DNA from: an uncultured Candidatus Saccharibacteria bacterium
GTDB taxonomy: Bacteria; Patescibacteriota; Minisyncoccia; Phycocordibacterales; UBA1006
DNA length: 64,000 nt
Reading direction: 5' to 3'
Assembly (NCBI GenBank): GCA_964601935.1
Contig: CAZROP010000003.1
Span: 3,366 to 67,365, forward strand
Below, one piece after another: positions 59,687 to 64,000 of the stretch (positions within the stretch are counted from its first letter, which is position 1; each line of letters starts with the position of its first letter). Position numbers and translations under genes: made by a program. The notes under the pieces are model-generated. The model did no database searches. It was not told the origin of the DNA and saw only the letters and a program-made list of their open reading frames with translations.

Positions 59687-60943
59687 GTGTATGTGTTATC
59701 TATGTCGCTGTTTTCCCGTCTCTTTTCAATTCCCTGTGCCTATTTCGATTATGCTGCGACAACGCCAATGGATCGCGGGGTGTTATCTCGTATGAATAGT
59801 GTAGCATGTACACACTACGCCAATCCCGGCAGTTTGCATTCCGCTGCAGCTGGTGCTCGTTCAGTGCTAGAGGCGGGTCGTAAGCGCATGCAGGAGTTAT
59901 TGTGTGCGCAACACCATGCTATTGTATTTACCCGTGGAGGCACCGAAGCATGCAATATCGCTATTCATCAGGTGCTCGGTTCTTTCTCTCTGGAGAATCC
60001 TGGAGTAACACCTCACGTATTGGTATCTCCAGTTGAGCACCCTGCTATACGCGAAACAGTTGCACGCCTCGATCGAGAAGGTCGTATTGTATCAGAATAT
60101 CTACCGACTGACGCTATGGGTCATGTGATTACATCAAGTGTAACAGATCTTGTTCGACCTGAAACAGCGTTGGTTGCAGTACAACTCGTGAATAGTGAGC
60201 TGGGTATTATACAGCCCATAAAAAAGATCTCGCATACACTGCGCTTGATTGCAAAGAATTCCACAACCAAAAACTTCCCACAACTGGTATGTGATGCGGT
60301 ACAGGCAGGCGGTGTTATGGATATTCATGTGCAATCACTGGGTGCACAGTATGTCGCATTATCCGCATCCAAATTTTATGGACCCAAGTCCGGAGGAATT
60401 CTCTGTATTCCGCGAGGAGCTACAGTGGCGCCATCACTCTTATCCGGCGGGGATCAGGAACATCATTTGCGTCCCGGTACCGAGGATGTTATGACAGTCG
60501 CTGGGACAGTCGCCGCGTATGAGTCAGTAGTTGAACATGCTACACCTGATAGAGAGCACCTGCAACAGATAAAATCTTCTATTATTGCTGGTATAGCGCA
60601 AGTGCTGCCTGCTAGTGTATTCACGGTCAATCCCGAGCATACCGCTCCACATATCGTGCATGTATCAGTACCAGGATATGATAGTGAATATGTTGTATTA
60701 TTTTGTGATGCAGTTGGGGTAGAACTGGCTAGTCAGTCTGCATGTTCAGCACGCGAAGGCGGAGTATCTCATGTAATCGATCATCTCTGGAGTATGCGCG
60801 CTAATACTGACCCTCACGAATATGCACATATTCGTATATCGTTTGGACGTCATACAACACAGTCCCATGTCCAGCGGTTAATTAAACGATTGCAGGAGTT
60901 ACAATCTGCAGTATATATACGAAGTGCTGCACCACATATATAA
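59687..60943 (+). CDS. Cysteine desulfurase (class V aminotransferase, IscS/NifS/SufS-like). The exact start is uncertain
   Basis: YFDYAATTPMD... is present. The PLP Lys context is SASKFYGPKSGGIL and the active-site loop is CSAREGG. Confidence 0.8.
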   Translation: MYVLSMSLFSRLFSIPCAYFDYAATTPMDRGVLSRMNSVACTHYANPGSLHSAAAGARSVLEAGRKRMQELLCAQHHAIVFTRGGTEACNIAIHQVLGSFSLENPGVTPHVLVSPVEHPAIRETVARLDREGRIVSEYLPTDAMGHVITSSVTDLVRPETALVAVQLVNSELGIIQPIKKISHTLRLIAKNSTTKNFPQLVCDAVQAGGVMDIHVQSLGAQYVALSASKFYGPKSGGILCIPRGATVAPSLLSGGDQEHHLRPGTEDVMTVAGTVAAYESVVEHATPDREHLQQIKSSIIAGIAQVLPASVFTVNPEHTAPHIVHVSVPGYDSEYVVLFCDAVGVELASQSACSAREGGVSHVIDHLWSMRANTDPHEYAHIRISFGRHTTQSHVQRLIKRLQELQSAVYIRSAAPHI

Positions 60944-60945
60944 TT

Positions 60946-61941
60946 ATGACCTTATTCACTAGACGCTATAAGTTTTTAGGTTGTTTACTGGTATTCTTGC
61001 TACTGGTTGTAGGGTCTTTGCATGGGCTAGCACAAATACAAGAGTCGCCGATATACACCATTGTTGCAGGAGGGGATGTTATGTTAGGTCGCCGTACCTT
61101 GAAATTGATAGAACAACACGATACCAGTTATCCATGGAAGTATGTCGCTCCGGTATTTCGCGCTGCTGATATTGCTTTTATTAATCTAGAAGGAGTTGCG
61201 TCAGAGCGCGGCGCCGCTTTACAGAAACGTTACGCTTTCAGATTTCCTCAGTACACCTTGGCTGGTGCGCGTGATGCAGGTATTGATGTAGTCTCTATAG
61301 CTAATAACCACACCCTCGACTATGGCTATATAGGAATGTGTGATACCTACAAAACCTTGATTGAACAGGAGATGAGTCCTATTGGGGCGGGATGTAATCG
61401 TGCACAGGCAATCGCACCTGTTATACGCGAACTGCCGGATGGAACTCGGGTCGCATTCTTCGCTATATCAGAGTTTTATCAGGGGAATACCGCAACAAAA
61501 TCTTCTCCTGGATTTGCACCCTATTCTCCAAAATGGATTATGTCTGCCGCGCGTGCTTTGAAAAAATCGGGAGATGCAGATATTGTGATTCTCTCTATTC
61601 ATGCAGGAACAGAACATGTCTTTACGCCGAACAAGCGTATGCAGACACTGTATAAATCTATTATTGAAGGTGGAGTGGACGTAGTGCTGGGCCATCACCC
61701 TCATGTGCCGCAGCCAATACAACGCTATGGTGATGGATGGATTGTCTATAGTTTGGGTAATCTGATATTTGATATGCATGATGCAATACCACATACGACC
61801 GACCAAATACTTGCTAAAATCAGTATTCAGAAAGGCAAGGTAACATCAGCAGGACCTATCCCTATTCGTATGACAGAAGATTTCCAGCCCTATTTAGTGG
61901 CTGATGAAGAGCAGGTTTTGGCCGGTGGTTGGGAGCAGTAG
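60946..61941 (+). CDS. CapA-family (poly-gamma-glutamate synthesis / metallophosphoesterase) protein
   Basis: [10 protein letters not shown]...[10 protein letters not shown]...[11 protein letters not shown] matches the PGA_cap pattern. An N-terminal signal/TM is present. Confidence 0.7.
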   Translation: MTLFTRRYKFLGCLLVFLLLVVGSLHGLAQIQESPIYTIVAGGDVMLGRRTLKLIEQHDTSYPWKYVAPVFRAADIAFINLEGVASERGAALQKRYAFRFPQYTLAGARDAGIDVVSIANNHTLDYGYIGMCDTYKTLIEQEMSPIGAGCNRAQAIAPVIRELPDGTRVAFFAISEFYQGNTATKSSPGFAPYSPKWIMSAARALKKSGDADIVILSIHAGTEHVFTPNKRMQTLYKSIIEGGVDVVLGHHPHVPQPIQRYGDGWIVYSLGNLIFDMHDAIPHTTDQILAKISIQKGKVTSAGPIPIRMTEDFQPYLVADEEQVLAGGWEQ

Positions 61942-62029
61942 CAGAAGGATGGAAAGTACTCGTAGACACTCATTTCACACATGCGAGATATTTGTATTCC
62001 CAAAAAAACATTGTATACTATCCATGTTA

Positions 62030-64000
62030 TATGAATACTCCTCATTCACTTCCACCTTTTTCACAGTTTACTACCAAGGCAAAGCAGGCGATTCAGCGTG
62101 CTCATGAATTGGCGGTAGAACGCGCCCAATCATATGTCGGCGTAGCCCACTTGGCCGCAGGGATTTTGTTACAGGATGATAATACTGCTATCGATGTTCT
62201 GGAGCATTTGCAGGTAGACCTGGATCAGTTGACCGAGGCAATTATGGACAGTATTGATCCAGGAGATGTTAATCGTGGCGAGGTTACGTCGGGAGCAATT
62301 CAACTGTATCTCACACCAGATTTGTCCAGTGTTCTCGAGGAGTCCGTCAATATTACCCGATCTTTAAAGGACGAATGGTGTTCAGTTGAACATTTATTTC
62401 TAGCTATCCTATCTATTCCGAACGAGCTGTCCGAGACGTTGCAGGCTTTCCATATCTCGCGTGACAAGGTATGGGATGGTATTGTATATGTTCGCAAAAA
62501 TCCATCTCAAAAAACTGATAACAAAAAAGAGCGATCACAGAAAATACTTTCAAAGTTCTCGCGCAATCTGACCGATCTTGCACGTCAGGATAGACTCGAC
62601 CCTGTTATCGGTCGTGATGCAGAGGTTCTCCGCATGGTACAGATACTGTCACGACGCACCAAAAATAATCCAATGTTATTAGGTGAGCCTGGCGTAGGAA
62701 AAACAGCATTAGTAGAGGGGCTCGCTCAGCGTATTGCACGTGGAGATGTCCCTGAATCTCTAACTAACAAACAGGTGATACTACTTGACCTCGGACTGTT
62801 GGTCGCGGGTACCAAATATCGCGGTGAATTCGAAGATCGTTTGAAAAAGGTAGTAAAAGAAGTCGAAGAATCACAAGGATCTATTATTTTATTTGTAGAT
62901 GAAATCCATACACTGATTGGCACAGGAGGTTCAGAAGGTGCCATGGATGCAGCGAATTTACTAAAGCCTGCACTCGCACGCGGAGAATTACGCTTGATTG
63001 GTGCAACAACATTGAACGAATATCAGAAATATTTCGAGCGTGATCCTGCACTGTCTCGACGATTCCAGACTGTTCTGGTAGAAGAGCCAAACGTTGCAGA
63101 TGCAATCGCAATACTGCGTGGATTGAAATACAAGTATGAACTTTTTCATGGGCTACGTATTACTGATGATGCAATTCGTTCTGCAGTAGAATTATCAGTG
63201 CGCTACATTCCGTCCAAGTTTCTTCCTGATAAAGCAATCGATCTCATCGACGAAGCATCGTCACAACTGCGTCTCAGCATAGAAAATATGCCTGAAGAAT
63301 TGGCAGTCTTGCATGCGCGTGTACGTAGATTAGAAATCGAACGTGAAGCATTACGCAGTGATACGGGTTTGACGTCGGCTGCAAAATTGAAATCCATAGA
63401 GGACGATTTATCTGAAGTACAAAAGGTCATGAAGCCCTTGCAGCAGCAGTGGAATTCTCAGAAGAAACTGCTGACTGATATATCTGTTGCAGAAAAGGAA
63501 TTAGATTCTTTGCGTACAGAATCAGAGAATGCAGAATTATCGGGCGACCTGGCGCGCGCTGCAGAGATCCGTTACTCAGAAATCCCTGCACGTCAAACAC
63601 ATGTTGATTCGCTGCACAAGAAAATATCTGCAATACAAAAGAAAAATAGATTGTTACGCCAGGATGTAACCTCAGAAGATATCGCGCAGGTGGTAGCACG
63701 GGCCACGGGCGTACCTGTGACCAGTCTACTGGTAGAGGAGTCAGAAAAACTACGATCCATGGAGTCCGAGCTGCACAAGCGTGTAAAAGGTCAGGATGAG
63801 GCGGTTCGTGTTATCAGTAATGCAATTCGTCGTGCGCGTGTGGGTATTAGCGACCCGAATCGCCCTATAGGATCATTCATATTCTTGGGTCCAACCGGTG
63901 TTGGAAAAACGGAGTTAACAAAAGCTCTGACTCAGTTCATGTTTAATGACGAAAAGGCTCTGATTCGTGTTGATATGTCAGAATTCATGGAGCGTCATTC
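62030..64000 (+). CDS. clpB: ATP-dependent chaperone ClpB, partial (the 3' end lies outside the window). It is absent from the ORF track because no stop falls in the window
   Basis: The Clp N-domain is followed by NBD1 Walker A (GEPGVGKTA), Walker B (ILFVDEIH), a ~130-aa coiled-coil M-domain and then NBD2 Walker A (GPTGVGKTE). Confidence 0.85.

Overview
This 64 kb window looks like a chromosomal segment of a small-genome bacterium, and it reads in three parts.

1. Surface-protein locus (1 to 8.5 kb). It holds a tail-fibre-like protein with a phage-type C-terminal S74 intramolecular-chaperone domain, a dockerin-like protein, and two paralogous cohesin-like membrane proteins. It also holds a 1040-aa SBBP beta-propeller repeat protein with a peptidoglycan-binding tail.

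2. Conserved housekeeping backbone. This includes pyk and the infA-rpmJ-rpsM-rpsK-rpsD-rpoA-rplQ block, then rplM-rpsI, rpoB-rpoC and dnaG-rpoD. Further on are tsf, rpsB, mreB, tgt, cysS, argS, aspS and scpAB. The cell-wall genes dacA-like, mraY, ftsW and murG follow, then infB-rbfA, a cysteine desulfurase, a CapA protein and a partial clpB. There are also two tRNAs, Thr-UGU and Gln-UUG.

3. An ~11.4 kb block of opposite-strand genes (~28.1 to 39.5 kb) sits between rpsB and tsf, which are normally adjacent. It carries a tightly packed Type I R-M operon: half-size hsdS, a small TM protein, hsdM, then hsdS, hsdR and a YgjP/M48-like peptidase. Nested between hsdM and the full hsdS is a three-gene cassette: a ThsB-like TIR protein, a 134-aa 3-TM protein and a second TIR-like protein. 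No ThsA-type SIR2/SLOG/Macro effector is present. I regard this as the best candidate for a novel defence module, a minimal TIR plus small membrane effector system. The block also has a cupin gene and a Panacea (DUF4065) antitoxin-like gene coupled to an unannotatable 122-aa partner.

The ORF track also missed a cysteine-less L36 gene, and there are several perfect long hairpins acting as terminators or regulatory elements. Several translation proteins are shortened relative to E. coli (IF-2, EF-Ts) or lack a domain (GAD-less AspRS), which fits a CPR/Patescibacteria-like reduced genome. All calls rest on my reading of translated motifs and DNA structure, because no database search could be run.
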